Assembly (NCBI GenBank): GCA_963816345.1
Contig: CAWFKI010000005.1
Location: 607,572 to 671,571 of the forward strand
Direction of reading: 5' to 3'
DNA length: 64,000 nucleotides
DNA from: an uncultured Bacteroidales bacterium
Lineage (GTDB): Bacteria > Bacteroidota > Bacteroidia > Bacteroidales > VadinHA17
Part shown: positions 1 to 9,794 of the stretch, one piece after another
Layout of the letters: every line of letters starts with the position of its first letter
Numbering within the stretch: the stretch's first letter is position 1
Notes under the pieces: model-generated
Told to the model about the DNA's origin: nothing
Seen by the model: the letters and a program-made list of their open reading frames with translations, nothing else
Databases searched by the model: none
Translations under genes and position numbers: made by a program

Positions 1-127
1 CATTATAAACCACAGAAGTTGCACGGAGTAACACCGGGTAGTTAACGGAGAAATAGCATTACCCCTCTTTTTCTTTTTTTATATTATTGTTTTATTATCT
101 TTATTTTCTGAATCTAATACCCTGATT

Positions 128-1702
128 ATGTCAATTAAAAAAGTCACACTATCAGAGAGCATTAAGCTCTATGCACTTACATTATTGAGGATTGTGATTG
201 GCTGGCATTTCCTTTACGAAGGAATTTCCAAGGCATTTACTCCCGGCTGGTCCTCTGCCGACTTCCTCTCAATTTCCAACTGGATCTTTGCCGGCCTTTT
301 CCACTGGATTGCCGGCAATCCGGCGGTTCTCGGGGTTGTTGACTTCATGGTTACCTGGGGACTGGTATTGATTGGATTGACCCTGTTCACAGGATTGTTT
401 GACAGGATTTCAGCCATTGCAGGAATGGCTCTGATTGCAATGTTCTGGATAGCAAATCCGCCTCTGACAAGACTTGATTTTGGGGTGCCCCATGAAGGGA
501 ACTACCTTGTGGTTGACAAAAATATTGTTGAGTTCTTTGCATTGCTTGTCCTGTCACTGTTCCCTACAGGGAAGTATCTCGGTCTTGGTGTGTTCCTGAA
601 GGGGAAGAGTCATATGATAAATCCAGTCAGAGTGAATCCTGAACCTGCCGTGCAGGTTGAACAGGCAAACGGGAACGAAAACGTAAAGCTTGACCGCCGG
701 AGTGTCATACGTGGCTTATCAGCGCTTCCTTTCCTGGGAGTATTTGGCTATGCCGTTCTCAAACAAAAGCAATGGGAAAGCTATGAGGAGAAAAACCTGG
801 TTGACTCTGTCACAGGGGCGAGTGCAAAAGTATTTAACAATGCGAGTCTCAAAGAGCTGAAAGGCAGGATTCCTATGTCAAAAATAAAGGAGGTGCCATT
901 AAGCCGGGTAATACTTGGCGGTAACCTGCTATCAGGGTATGCACATTCGCGTGATCTGATTTATGTTTCTCAGCTTGTAAAGGCATACCATCAGAAGGAA
1001 AAGATCTTTGCCACTCTTTTACTGGCGGAGGAATGTGGAATAAATACGTTGCTTACAAACCCTATATTGTGTTCACTGATAGATGAATACTGGAAAAGAG
1101 GGATCGGGAAAATTCAGTTTATATCTGATTGTGCAGGTCTGCTCTATGATGATAAGGGATCATCGCCAATGCCTTTTGACCAGTACATCTCAAAGGTAAA
1201 AAGAGCCATCGACGGAGGCGCCGTCGCCTGTTATATACAGGGAGAGACTGCAGATTATTATATGGGGAACGGAAAACCGGATGCTATTGCAAAAGTTCTT
1301 GATCTTATTAAGCAGAATGGGATCCTTACCGGGATTGGTGCGCATAAAATTGAAACTATAAAAGCCTGTGTGGATGCAGGATTTCAACCTGATTTCTGGA
1401 TGAAAACACTTCATCATCTCAACTATTGGTCTGCAAAAAGCCCTGAATGGCATGATAATATTTTCTGCGACAATCCCGCGGAGACTATTTCATACATGAA
1501 GTCCCTTCCTCAGCCATTCATTGCATTCAAGACGATGGCGGCCGGTTCAATTCTTCCTAAAGATGGCTTCCGGTATGCCTTCGAAAACGGAGCCGATTTT
1601 GTTTGCGCAGGAATGTATGATTTTCAAATGGTTGAAGATGTCAATATAGCCTGTGATATTCTGAAAAGTGACATAAAACGTGAAAGGCCCTGGTATGCTT
1701 AG
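128..1702 (+). CDS. DoxX-family membrane domain fused to an uncharacterised ~330-aa soluble domain
   Basis: The N-terminal ~170 aa is hydrophobic with a DoxX-like start (LLRIVIGWHFLYEGISK). An internal twin-arginine-like stretch (LDRRSVIRGLSALPFLGVFG) follows. I cannot name the family of the C-terminal domain. Confidence 0.6.
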   Translation: MSIKKVTLSESIKLYALTLLRIVIGWHFLYEGISKAFTPGWSSADFLSISNWIFAGLFHWIAGNPAVLGVVDFMVTWGLVLIGLTLFTGLFDRISAIAGMALIAMFWIANPPLTRLDFGVPHEGNYLVVDKNIVEFFALLVLSLFPTGKYLGLGVFLKGKSHMINPVRVNPEPAVQVEQANGNENVKLDRRSVIRGLSALPFLGVFGYAVLKQKQWESYEEKNLVDSVTGASAKVFNNASLKELKGRIPMSKIKEVPLSRVILGGNLLSGYAHSRDLIYVSQLVKAYHQKEKIFATLLLAEECGINTLLTNPILCSLIDEYWKRGIGKIQFISDCAGLLYDDKGSSPMPFDQYISKVKRAIDGGAVACYIQGETADYYMGNGKPDAIAKVLDLIKQNGILTGIGAHKIETIKACVDAGFQPDFWMKTLHHLNYWSAKSPEWHDNIFCDNPAETISYMKSLPQPFIAFKTMAAGSILPKDGFRYAFENGADFVCAGMYDFQMVEDVNIACDILKSDIKRERPWYA

Positions 1703-2987
1703 GATTATTAGGTTTCGGATTCTTCCTGCTTTACTGATCATATATTTCCTTTCTTCCCCTGATATGACTGGCCAGTCCAGCCGGGTAAAATTAGTAAGAT
1801 CAGATAAATCCTGGATTCTTCAGGTTAACGGACATCCGTTTTATATAAAAGGAGTCGTGGGGAATGAGTATCTCTCTAAAGTGAAGGAATATGGAGGAAA
1901 TTCAATACGGATCGGATGGCACAGGAAAGAGCTCGATGAAGCCCGTAATCTTGGGCTTAATGCTCTCGTAAATCTGCCGGCAAATGCTGAACGGTATGGT
2001 ATGGATTATAATGACACTGCGGCAGTCAGAAAGCAGACTGACGGAGATAATTTCAATCGTAAAAAAAACAAAAGATCATCCTGCAGTTCTTATGTGGGCA
2101 ATCGGAAATGAACTTGATTTTATACCGCCGCTTAAACCGTTCAATCCAAAGGTCTGGGATGCAGTAAACGAGGCAGCCAGAGCAATCCATGCTATAGACC
2201 CTGACCATCCTGTAATGACCGTTATCGGAACCAGCATGATGGATAAAGTTGCGGATATAGTGAAGAGATGTCCCGACCTTGACCTTCTGGGAATTAACAC
2301 GTATGGTGATATTTATACTCTCCCTGAAACCCTTGCAAAATATGGCTGGACAAAACCTTATCTTATTTCAGAGTGGGGACCCGATGGCTACTGGGAGGTC
2401 AGGAAAACTTCATGGGGAGCTCCTTATGAACAGACAGGGCTGGAGAAATACCTTTGCTACGAAAAGAAATACAAAACAGCTATAAGCTCTCAGAAAGAAC
2501 AGTGTCTTGGATCCTATGTTTTTTACTGGTCGGGATTTAAGCAGGAAACCACCCATACCTGGTTTTGCATGTTTGATTCAACGGGACTGGAATCCCCGCT
2601 GATTGGTCTGATGCATTATATGTGGACAGGTAAAAAAACCTCCAATTCGGCTCCAATTGTCGATTCCCTGAATATCACGGGTTTTGTAAGGTATCAGGAT
2701 ATAGTCCTGGAAAAGGGAAAAGGTCAGAGTGCACAGGGTAACAGCTCAGGATATTGATAATGATAAGCTTGTCATATAAATGGGAGATCAGGCCGGAGGC
2801 AAAATATGCTTCCTATGCCGGACAGGGCGAGGTGGTGCCAAAACCAATACCTGGTCTGATTTCGGGAAAATCAGCTGTTATAAGTTTCATGCCTCCTGCT
2901 GAAACCGGAGCTTACAGACTCTTTGTCTATGTATATGACGGTAATGGCCATTTTTCGACCGGCAATCTTCCATTTTATGTCAGATAG
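1680..2987 (+). pseudogene. Clan GH-A (beta/alpha)8 glycoside hydrolase (GH2/GH5-like) with C-terminal Ig-like domain, interrupted by about three frameshifts
   Basis: The N-terminal piece has a signal peptide. ORFs 1680..2111, 1984..2757 and 2754..2987 read as one protein across frames. It has the catalytic-type motif HPAVLMWAIGNELDF. Frame changes lie near 2035-2045, 2712-2722 (A4G3A4 run) and 2770-2778. The third frame supplies VRVHRVTAQDIDNDKLV, which links the pieces. Confidence 0.7.
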
Positions 2988-4407
2988 ATGAGAAAGTACT
3001 TCAAACAAATCAGTCAGGATTTAGTTTATCGTTTATTATTAGTCAGTATGGCAGTAATATGCCCTGTATTGGTATTTGCCCAATCCCATCCCATGCCAGT
3101 GCTCCCCGATACATCACTGTTGGGGCAATACACTTCGAGAACCATGAACCTGCTGCATCATAGTACACCCGGGGAAAAAAACAAGGTAAAGATCTTAGTC
3201 TACGGTCAGTCAATAAGTGAGCAGGAATGGTGGCTGGAGGTGAAGCGGAGTGTAGAAACACGATTCCCTGATGCCGATATCATCATGCAGAATAAGGCTA
3301 TAGGAGGATTCTCAACCCAATACCTGTATAAAACCGTTGAGATGGATGTCAGTTCTTTTTATCCGGATCTGGTACTGCTCCATATATACGGAAATATTAA
3401 CGATTATGAGAAGGTTCTGAAAACAATCCGGAGAAGAACCGCAGCTGAAGTTGCAATAACAACTGACCACTATACCGGAGAGAACAGGTGGAGCGATACA
3501 ATGTCATACTATTTACTTCCTGCACTGGCCGAAAAATATAAATGTGACCTGATAAATATACGTGATCCCTGGAAAGCATATCTTAAGGACAATAATCTTG
3601 AACCCTCCGCCCTTTTAAAGGATGGCATACATCTCAATGATTATGGAAATTTTCTGATGGCAGAACTGATTAAACCTCTTTTTTGTTTCAAAGCCCGCTT
3701 TGCCTGCGATCCCTTCAACCTGATGACTATATATAAAAACGGGAAAGATTTTAACTTTAATGGCGATACCCTCGCCCTTTCATTTCATGGAAACAAAGTT
3801 GATGTAGTTATTGAAACTACCGGGATAATCTCCCGGCGATTCCGCAAAAATCCTGCTGGACGGACAGGCTCCATCTGGTTTCCAGGGATGTTATTATATG
3901 TCACGTCCCTATTCCGGTAATGGAAAGGAATGGCCATGGAATCTGCCTGCAATGATAAGGGTAAGACATACTGAACCATGGGTTTCGGAGGAGTGGTCAT
4001 GCATTTTCACTGAAGCAATTGCACCCTATAATGATTTCAGTTTTAAAATTGCAGGATCCGTTACAGGCAGTGATGGCAGCGGGAGAGGCTCCCGTGATTT
4101 TGTCTCAAAGTCGGGAAGGGTGATTATTGATAAGGGTGATGCTGAAAATGGGGGTGACTGGCATCTGAACAGGTCATACAAGGTATTGAAAACCATTGTC
4201 AGCAAAGGTGATACGGTAAAGTGGAAAACCTATTCGATAAGTACCGATACCTTTGTTCCTGCTTCTGAAAATGACTCAGAAAGGGAAAATATTACAATCC
4301 TCTTCCAGGGAGTTCCCAACACAAACCATATTTTAAAGATTATTAAAACGGGGCAGAACTTTCCCAAAATTTCTGAAATAAGAGTTTACAAACCTTTTAT
4401 ACTGTAA
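2988..4407 (+). pseudogene. SGNH/GDSL-family hydrolase with C-terminal beta-rich domain, one frameshift
   Basis: It has a signal peptide and SGNH blocks (ILVYGQSIS, GGFST, DGIHLNDYGNFLMAE). The reading frame switches near 3826-3835: frame 0 ends VDVVIETTGII, and frame 1 continues SPGDSAKILLDGQAPSGFQGCYYMSRPY into ORF 3898..4407. Confidence 0.7.
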
Positions 4408-4496
4408 GAGACCGGTGGATATGCCGGACACTATTGGCGAGCTTTGTAAAGAAAAGGGTTATTTTTATATTACGATCGATATAAATATTATTTGAT

Positions 4497-5498
4497 ATGG
4501 TACTTGTAGAAAATTATGCACTGGCTGTCACGCTGTGTGCTGTTGCGATGGTATGCTGGGGCTCCTGGCAGAACACCCAAAACCTTATAGGAAAAACATG
4601 GCGTTTCGAACTTTATTACTGGGATTTTTCTGCAGGGATCCTGGTCTTTGCGCTGCTTATGGCTTTCACATTCGGAAGCATGGGTAATCAGGGCAGAAGC
4701 TTTCTGGCTGATCTCAGACAGGCTGATCCGGGCAATTTGCTTTCTGCGGCGCTCGGGGGTGTTATCTGGAACATAGGTACTCTGTTGCTCGTAGCTGCAA
4801 TTTCCATTGCAGGTATGTCGGTTGCTTTCCCTATTGGCGGTGGGATCGGATGGACTCTGGGGATCCTTATAAATTATATCGGCAAGCCGGAAGGAAGTCC
4901 GCTCTTCCTGTTCAGCGGCACGGCATTCATTGTCGTAGCTATATTACTGAGCATGCAGTCGTACAGGAAACTTGCCATATACCAGAAGAAACCTACACTG
5001 AAAGGCATCCTTCTCTCATTAATGGCTGGTCTCTGTATTGCATTCTTTTACAGGTTTGTCGCATCGGCTCTTGCGACCGATTTTTCACCGGCTGAGGCTG
5101 GCAAGATAAGTTCATATACCGCAGTTGTCTTTTTTTCAATTGGGGCACTGATCTGCACAGCAGTTTTAAATCCGTTTTTCATGGCGCGACCTGTACAGGG
5201 CGAACCGGTAAAAATGTCTGAATGGTTCAGGGGAAACTCATCAACCCATCTTCTTGGAATGCTCGGGGGAGCCATATGGTGCCTTGGAAACTCTGTAAGC
5301 TTCATGGCAGTGGGCTCAGCCAGTCCCGCAATTTCTTATGGTTTAAGCAATTCGGCGCCTGTTGTTGCAGCGTTGTGGGGCATTTTCGTATGGAAAGAGT
5401 TCAGGGGGGCTCCTGAAGGGACCAACCTCCTTCTCAGTCTGATGTTTGCATGTTATCTTGCGGGCCTGGTCTTTATAGTATATTCAAGGTTTGCATGA
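4497..5498 (+). CDS. DMT-superfamily sugar transporter (GRP/RhaT-like), about 10 TM segments
   Basis: The 333-aa protein is hydrophobic throughout. Its two-half architecture is typical of GRP/RhaT-type sugar permeases, and it sits among glycosidases. Confidence 0.55.
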   Translation: MVLVENYALAVTLCAVAMVCWGSWQNTQNLIGKTWRFELYYWDFSAGILVFALLMAFTFGSMGNQGRSFLADLRQADPGNLLSAALGGVIWNIGTLLLVAAISIAGMSVAFPIGGGIGWTLGILINYIGKPEGSPLFLFSGTAFIVVAILLSMQSYRKLAIYQKKPTLKGILLSLMAGLCIAFFYRFVASALATDFSPAEAGKISSYTAVVFFSIGALICTAVLNPFFMARPVQGEPVKMSEWFRGNSSTHLLGMLGGAIWCLGNSVSFMAVGSASPAISYGLSNSAPVVAALWGIFVWKEFRGAPEGTNLLLSLMFACYLAGLVFIVYSRFA

Positions 5499-5590
5499 TG
5501 CCAGGATATATTCACCAGCCTGAGGTCTTTCCGGGAAAGATGTGGAGTGATTGATTAAAAAAAGATTATTAATTACGAAAAAATATTTTT

Positions 5591-6994
5591 ATGATAAAAC
5601 TGTTTACCTCCGTAATCACATTTATTGTATTGGCATTTACCTGCTATTCCCAGGAAAATAAATGGGTAGGACCTTCAGCGGATTTCTCTCACGGGAAACT
5701 GAAAATATCAGAAAACAGGAGATTCCTTGTTTTTGAAGACGGAACTCCTTTCTTCTATCTTGGCGATACCGGCTGGGAATTATTCCACCGTCTGAACAAG
5801 GATGAGACGGAAAGATATCTTGAAAACCGCCGGGCGAAAGGATTCACCGTTATACAGGCGGTGGCGCTTGCAGAACTTGACGGATTGAATACTCCGAATG
5901 CTGAAGGGAATAAACCGCTGATCGGTAATGATCCGCTGAAACCGGACGAAGCATATTTCTCGCATGTGGACTGGGTCATACGAAAGGCTGTTGAGAAGGG
6001 AATCTTCATCGGGCTCCTTCCGACATGGGGTGATAAGGTTGACCCTATGAAGTGGGGAAAAGGTCCGAAGATCTTCAACAAAGATAACGCATACAAATAC
6101 GGACAGTGGATAGGTAACAGGTATAAAGACTTTCCCAACATTATCTGGATTATAGGCGGAGACCGTGACGGTGGAGGTGACAATAAACCTGTCTGGGATG
6201 CAATGGGAGAAGGAATAAAATCGGTTGACAGGAATCACCTGATGACATTCCACCCATCAGGGGAACACAGCTCTTCCGATTGGTTTCAGAACAGTTCATG
6301 GCTTGATTTCAATATGTCTCAGACTGGTCATGGCCAGCGCAGTTACGCAATCTATAAGAGGATTATAGTGCGCGATTACAATTTAAAACCTGTGAGACCC
6401 TGTTTTGACGGCGAGCCAAGGTACGAAGATCATCCGGTCAACTGGAACCCGGAGGTGCTGGGCTGGTTTGATGATGCCGATGTACGGCAGGCTATGTACT
6501 GGGATCTCTTCAGTGGCGGATTCGGACATACCTACGGATGTCATCCCGTCTGGCAGATGCTGGCCCCGGGAAGGGAGGCTGTAGGTCTTGCACGTCATAA
6601 CTGGTATGACGTACTTGATCTTCCGGGTGCCTCTGATCTGATCCACGCGAGAAGGTTGATGGAATCCCATCCTTTTATTTCAGGAATACCTGATCAGGAG
6701 TTGATCGTTCCTGCATATTACCCTGAAACAGATTATGTTGTGGCCACAAGGGGAGACGGGTATGCTTTTGTGTATTTTCCTGCCGGATCGGCGGCTGAGA
6801 TAAAACTGGACAGGATAGGAGCAAAGACAATTAATGCATATTGGTTTGATCCACGGACAGGAGAGACAAAAGCAACGGAGAATATTCCCGGAACAGGAAT
6901 AAGGAAGTTTTCACCACCCACAGCAGGACGGGGAAATGACTGGATACTTGTTCTGGACGATGCATCAAAAAAATTCAAATCACCGGATAAGTAG
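5591..6994 (+). CDS. GH140-like glycoside hydrolase (DUF4038 catalytic domain plus collagen-binding-like C-terminal domain)
   Basis: It has a signal peptide and the DUF4038 hallmark FEDGTPFFYLGDTGWELF...RRAKGFTVIQ. The C-terminal region (GYAFVYFPAG...AYWFDPRTGE) is typical of the appended beta-sandwich. Confidence 0.75.
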   Translation: MIKLFTSVITFIVLAFTCYSQENKWVGPSADFSHGKLKISENRRFLVFEDGTPFFYLGDTGWELFHRLNKDETERYLENRRAKGFTVIQAVALAELDGLNTPNAEGNKPLIGNDPLKPDEAYFSHVDWVIRKAVEKGIFIGLLPTWGDKVDPMKWGKGPKIFNKDNAYKYGQWIGNRYKDFPNIIWIIGGDRDGGGDNKPVWDAMGEGIKSVDRNHLMTFHPSGEHSSSDWFQNSSWLDFNMSQTGHGQRSYAIYKRIIVRDYNLKPVRPCFDGEPRYEDHPVNWNPEVLGWFDDADVRQAMYWDLFSGGFGHTYGCHPVWQMLAPGREAVGLARHNWYDVLDLPGASDLIHARRLMESHPFISGIPDQELIVPAYYPETDYVVATRGDGYAFVYFPAGSAAEIKLDRIGAKTINAYWFDPRTGETKATENIPGTGIRKFSPPTAGRGNDWILVLDDASKKFKSPDK

Positions 6995-6996
6995 TC

Positions 6997-7809
6997 ATGA
7001 GGCTGGGAATAAGTTCATACACTTATACATGGGCAGTGGGAGTCCCGGGATGGGTTCCCCCGCAACCTTTATCGGCTTATGATCTCGTTGACAGGGCCAT
7101 GGCTTACGGAATAAAACTGGTGCAGATTGCTGATAACCTGCCTCTGGAGGAGATGACCAGGGAAGGCCTGGAGGATCTGTACAATTATTCCAGCCGCCGT
7201 GGTGTCGCAATTGAGATGGGAAGCAGGGGATTGACCCCTGAACATACCCTCAAATGTCTTGACACAGCTGAAAGGATTCATTCCCCGATTCTGAGAATGG
7301 TTATCGACAAACAGGGTTTTGAGCCTGATATTCAAAGTATTATTAAAATAATTTCTGATCTGATCCCTGAATTGAGCTCCAGGAAAATAAGGCTTGCAAT
7401 TGAAAACCATGATCGTTTAAAGGCCCACCAGTTTGCAGAAATTATCAGCTCTGTCAACACTGAATGGGTAGGTATTTGCCTTGATTCAGTTAACTCAATG
7501 GGTGCAGGTGAAGGTTTTGATGAGGTCGCAAATATTCTTATCCCCTTTACAATCAACCTTCATATTAAAGATTTCACAGTCCGGCGGGTTTCTCACAAAA
7601 TGGGAATAATTATCGAAGGCGCTCCGGCGGGAAGCGGGATGTTGAACATACCGGGCCTGGTTTCATCACTTTCGGAAAGAGGAAACTGCAAAAGTGCAAT
7701 TCTGGAGCTATGGACACCACCGGAGACCCTTCTTGCAGAAACGCTCCTGAAGGAAGAAAACTGGGCTTCGGAAAGTATCGGATATCTGAAAATTTTATTT
7801 TCTATCTGA
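6997..7809 (+). CDS. Sugar phosphate isomerase/epimerase (xylose-isomerase-like TIM barrel)
   Basis: 270 aa with no signal peptide. The MRLGISSYTY start and the internal ENH..., CLDSVNS and HIKD metal-ligand-type positions are typical of AP-endonuclease-2/xylose-isomerase-like TIM barrels. Confidence 0.7.
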   Translation: MRLGISSYTYTWAVGVPGWVPPQPLSAYDLVDRAMAYGIKLVQIADNLPLEEMTREGLEDLYNYSSRRGVAIEMGSRGLTPEHTLKCLDTAERIHSPILRMVIDKQGFEPDIQSIIKIISDLIPELSSRKIRLAIENHDRLKAHQFAEIISSVNTEWVGICLDSVNSMGAGEGFDEVANILIPFTINLHIKDFTVRRVSHKMGIIIEGAPAGSGMLNIPGLVSSLSERGNCKSAILELWTPPETLLAETLLKEENWASESIGYLKILFSI

Positions 7810-7853
7810 AAAACTGAATGGCATAAACTTCAATATCGTTTAAACCTCAAAAT

Positions 7854-8888
7854 ATGGCTGATTTAAAATTCGCAGTACTTGGCTGCGGTTTCTGGTCAAA
7901 ATTCCAGATTGGAGCATGGAGTGAACTGGAAGGAGTTCAACTCGTTGCAGTATATAACCGGACTGTGGCAAAGGCCAGGCAAATAGCAGATTACTTTAAT
8001 ATTCCACGGGTTTACGATAATCCTGAGGAGCTGCTCACAAAAGAAAAGCCTGATTTCGTTGATATCATAACCGATGTTGATACTCATGCCCGTTTTGTTG
8101 AGATGGCTGTGGATCACGGGATTAAATATGTTATCTGTCAGAAGCCCATGGCTCCTGATTTTGAGACTGCCAAAAGAATGGTAAAATTATGCAGTGATTC
8201 GGGCACCAGGCTTTACATACACGAGAATTACCGGTGGCAGGCTCCTGTCCGGAGATTCAGGCAGATCCTTGATTCCAGTGTAATCGGAAAGCCATTTAAG
8301 GCCAGGGTCTCATTCCTGTCGGGTTATCCTGTTTTTGACAACCAGCCTTTTCTTAAGGACCTGGATCATTTTATTCTTACAGATATGGGATCGCATATAC
8401 TGGATGTGGTACGTTTCTTTTTTGGTGAGTGCGAATCACTCTGGTGCCAGACAAGAGCGGTCAGTCAGGGAATAAAAGGAGAGGACCTTGCCGTAATGCT
8501 GATGGAAATGAAAAACGGCATGGCGGTCTATACTGAGATGTCGTATGCTTCAATTGTTGAACATGATACGTTTTCCACTCTCAATGTACTTGTAGAGGGT
8601 GAAAAGGGATCTGTTTTTCTGGGACCTGATTTTGAGATCCGGACTACAACCAGGGAGGGAACTATATCTGAGACTGTCAGGTTTCCCTCATATTCCTGGG
8701 CTGACCCTGATTATATTGTCAACCATGAAAGCGGAATTCATGTAAACCGTAACATTCTTGATGATATCAGAGGTATTGGGAAAGCGGAGAACAGCGGCGA
8801 AGATAACCTTGAGACTGTAAGACTGGTCTGGGCCGGCTACCGGTCTTCTGAAACAGATTCGAAGATTCAGTTAAAGGATTTTAAATAA
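7854..8888 (+). CDS. Gfo/Idh/MocA-family NAD(P)-dependent oxidoreductase
   Basis: It has an N-terminal Rossmann motif (KFAVLGCGFWS), the EKP-type motif (ICQKPMA), and family-typical length and C-terminal domain. Confidence 0.8.
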   Translation: MADLKFAVLGCGFWSKFQIGAWSELEGVQLVAVYNRTVAKARQIADYFNIPRVYDNPEELLTKEKPDFVDIITDVDTHARFVEMAVDHGIKYVICQKPMAPDFETAKRMVKLCSDSGTRLYIHENYRWQAPVRRFRQILDSSVIGKPFKARVSFLSGYPVFDNQPFLKDLDHFILTDMGSHILDVVRFFFGECESLWCQTRAVSQGIKGEDLAVMLMEMKNGMAVYTEMSYASIVEHDTFSTLNVLVEGEKGSVFLGPDFEIRTTTREGTISETVRFPSYSWADPDYIVNHESGIHVNRNILDDIRGIGKAENSGEDNLETVRLVWAGYRSSETDSKIQLKDFK

Positions 8889-8959
8889 AGTAACGGGAAA
8901 GTATAGCGTCTTTAATTACCGATAAGCAAATATCTATAAACCTTTATAAATATCTTATT

Positions 8960-9787
8960 ATGCAAAAAGTCGTTCTGGCTGGCGCCGGTGGCAAAATGGG
9001 GCTTCGGCTGACAAATAATCTGATGCATTCTGAATATCAGATGTCCTACCTTGAAATCAGTCCCTCAGGGATTGATAAGTTAATGGAGAAAGGTGTTGCA
9101 GTCTCGGAAGCCGGAGGTTGCATTCCTGAGGCTGACATTGTTATACTTGCCGTACCGGATGTTGCACTTGCCTCAGTATCAGCGGAGATAATTCCAAAAA
9201 TGAAAAGCGGCGCTCTCGTGGTAACCCTTGATCCTGCCGCAGCACTTGCAGGGAAACTGCATAAAAGGTCAGACGTTGCATATTTCATAACCCATCCTGC
9301 CCATCCCTCAATCTTCAACTGGGAGAAGGATGAGGAGAAAATGCATGACCATTTCGGAGGTGCATCAGCCAAACAATCCATAGTTTGCGCGTTGCTGGAT
9401 GGGTCTGAAACGGATTATCTGAAGGGTGAAAAGCTTGCCCGCACATTTTACGGACCGATCTACCGTTCGCACCGGATCACTGCTGAACAGATGGGCCTTC
9501 TTGAGCCAGCTCTGGTTGAGACGCTTGCCTCTACCTGCATATATGTGATACGCCAGGGGCTGGATGAGGTAATTAAACGGGGTGTTCCGCCTGAAGCTGC
9601 CAGGGACTTTCTGCTGGGTCACCTCAGAATACAGTTAGCGGTTCTGTTCAACGAATTGCCGGGTGCAGTATTCTCGGATGCTGCCAATAAAGCGCTTCAA
9701 CGCGGACTGAAAGAATTTATTAAGGAAGACTGGAGGAAGGTATTCGACCCCGAAAATGTAAAAGATCAGATAGAATCCATAACCTGA
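8960..9787 (+). CDS. NAD(P)-binding Rossmann oxidoreductase with 6-phosphogluconate-dehydrogenase-like C-terminal helical domain
   Basis: It has a GxGxxG start (VVLAGAGGKMG), a short Rossmann domain, and then a helical domain. The substrate is unknown. Confidence 0.55.
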   Translation: MQKVVLAGAGGKMGLRLTNNLMHSEYQMSYLEISPSGIDKLMEKGVAVSEAGGCIPEADIVILAVPDVALASVSAEIIPKMKSGALVVTLDPAAALAGKLHKRSDVAYFITHPAHPSIFNWEKDEEKMHDHFGGASAKQSIVCALLDGSETDYLKGEKLARTFYGPIYRSHRITAEQMGLLEPALVETLASTCIYVIRQGLDEVIKRGVPPEAARDFLLGHLRIQLAVLFNELPGAVFSDAANKALQRGLKEFIKEDWRKVFDPENVKDQIESIT

Positions 9788-9794
9788 ATCTGAT

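Noticed and set aside
10-58. Repeat-like words at the window edge (ccacagaagttgcacggagtaacaccggg...aacggagaaatagc, with acggag twice). They resemble short intergenic repeats seen in Bacteroidota.
   Set aside because: The element is truncated by the window boundary and occurs only once here, so I cannot define it.
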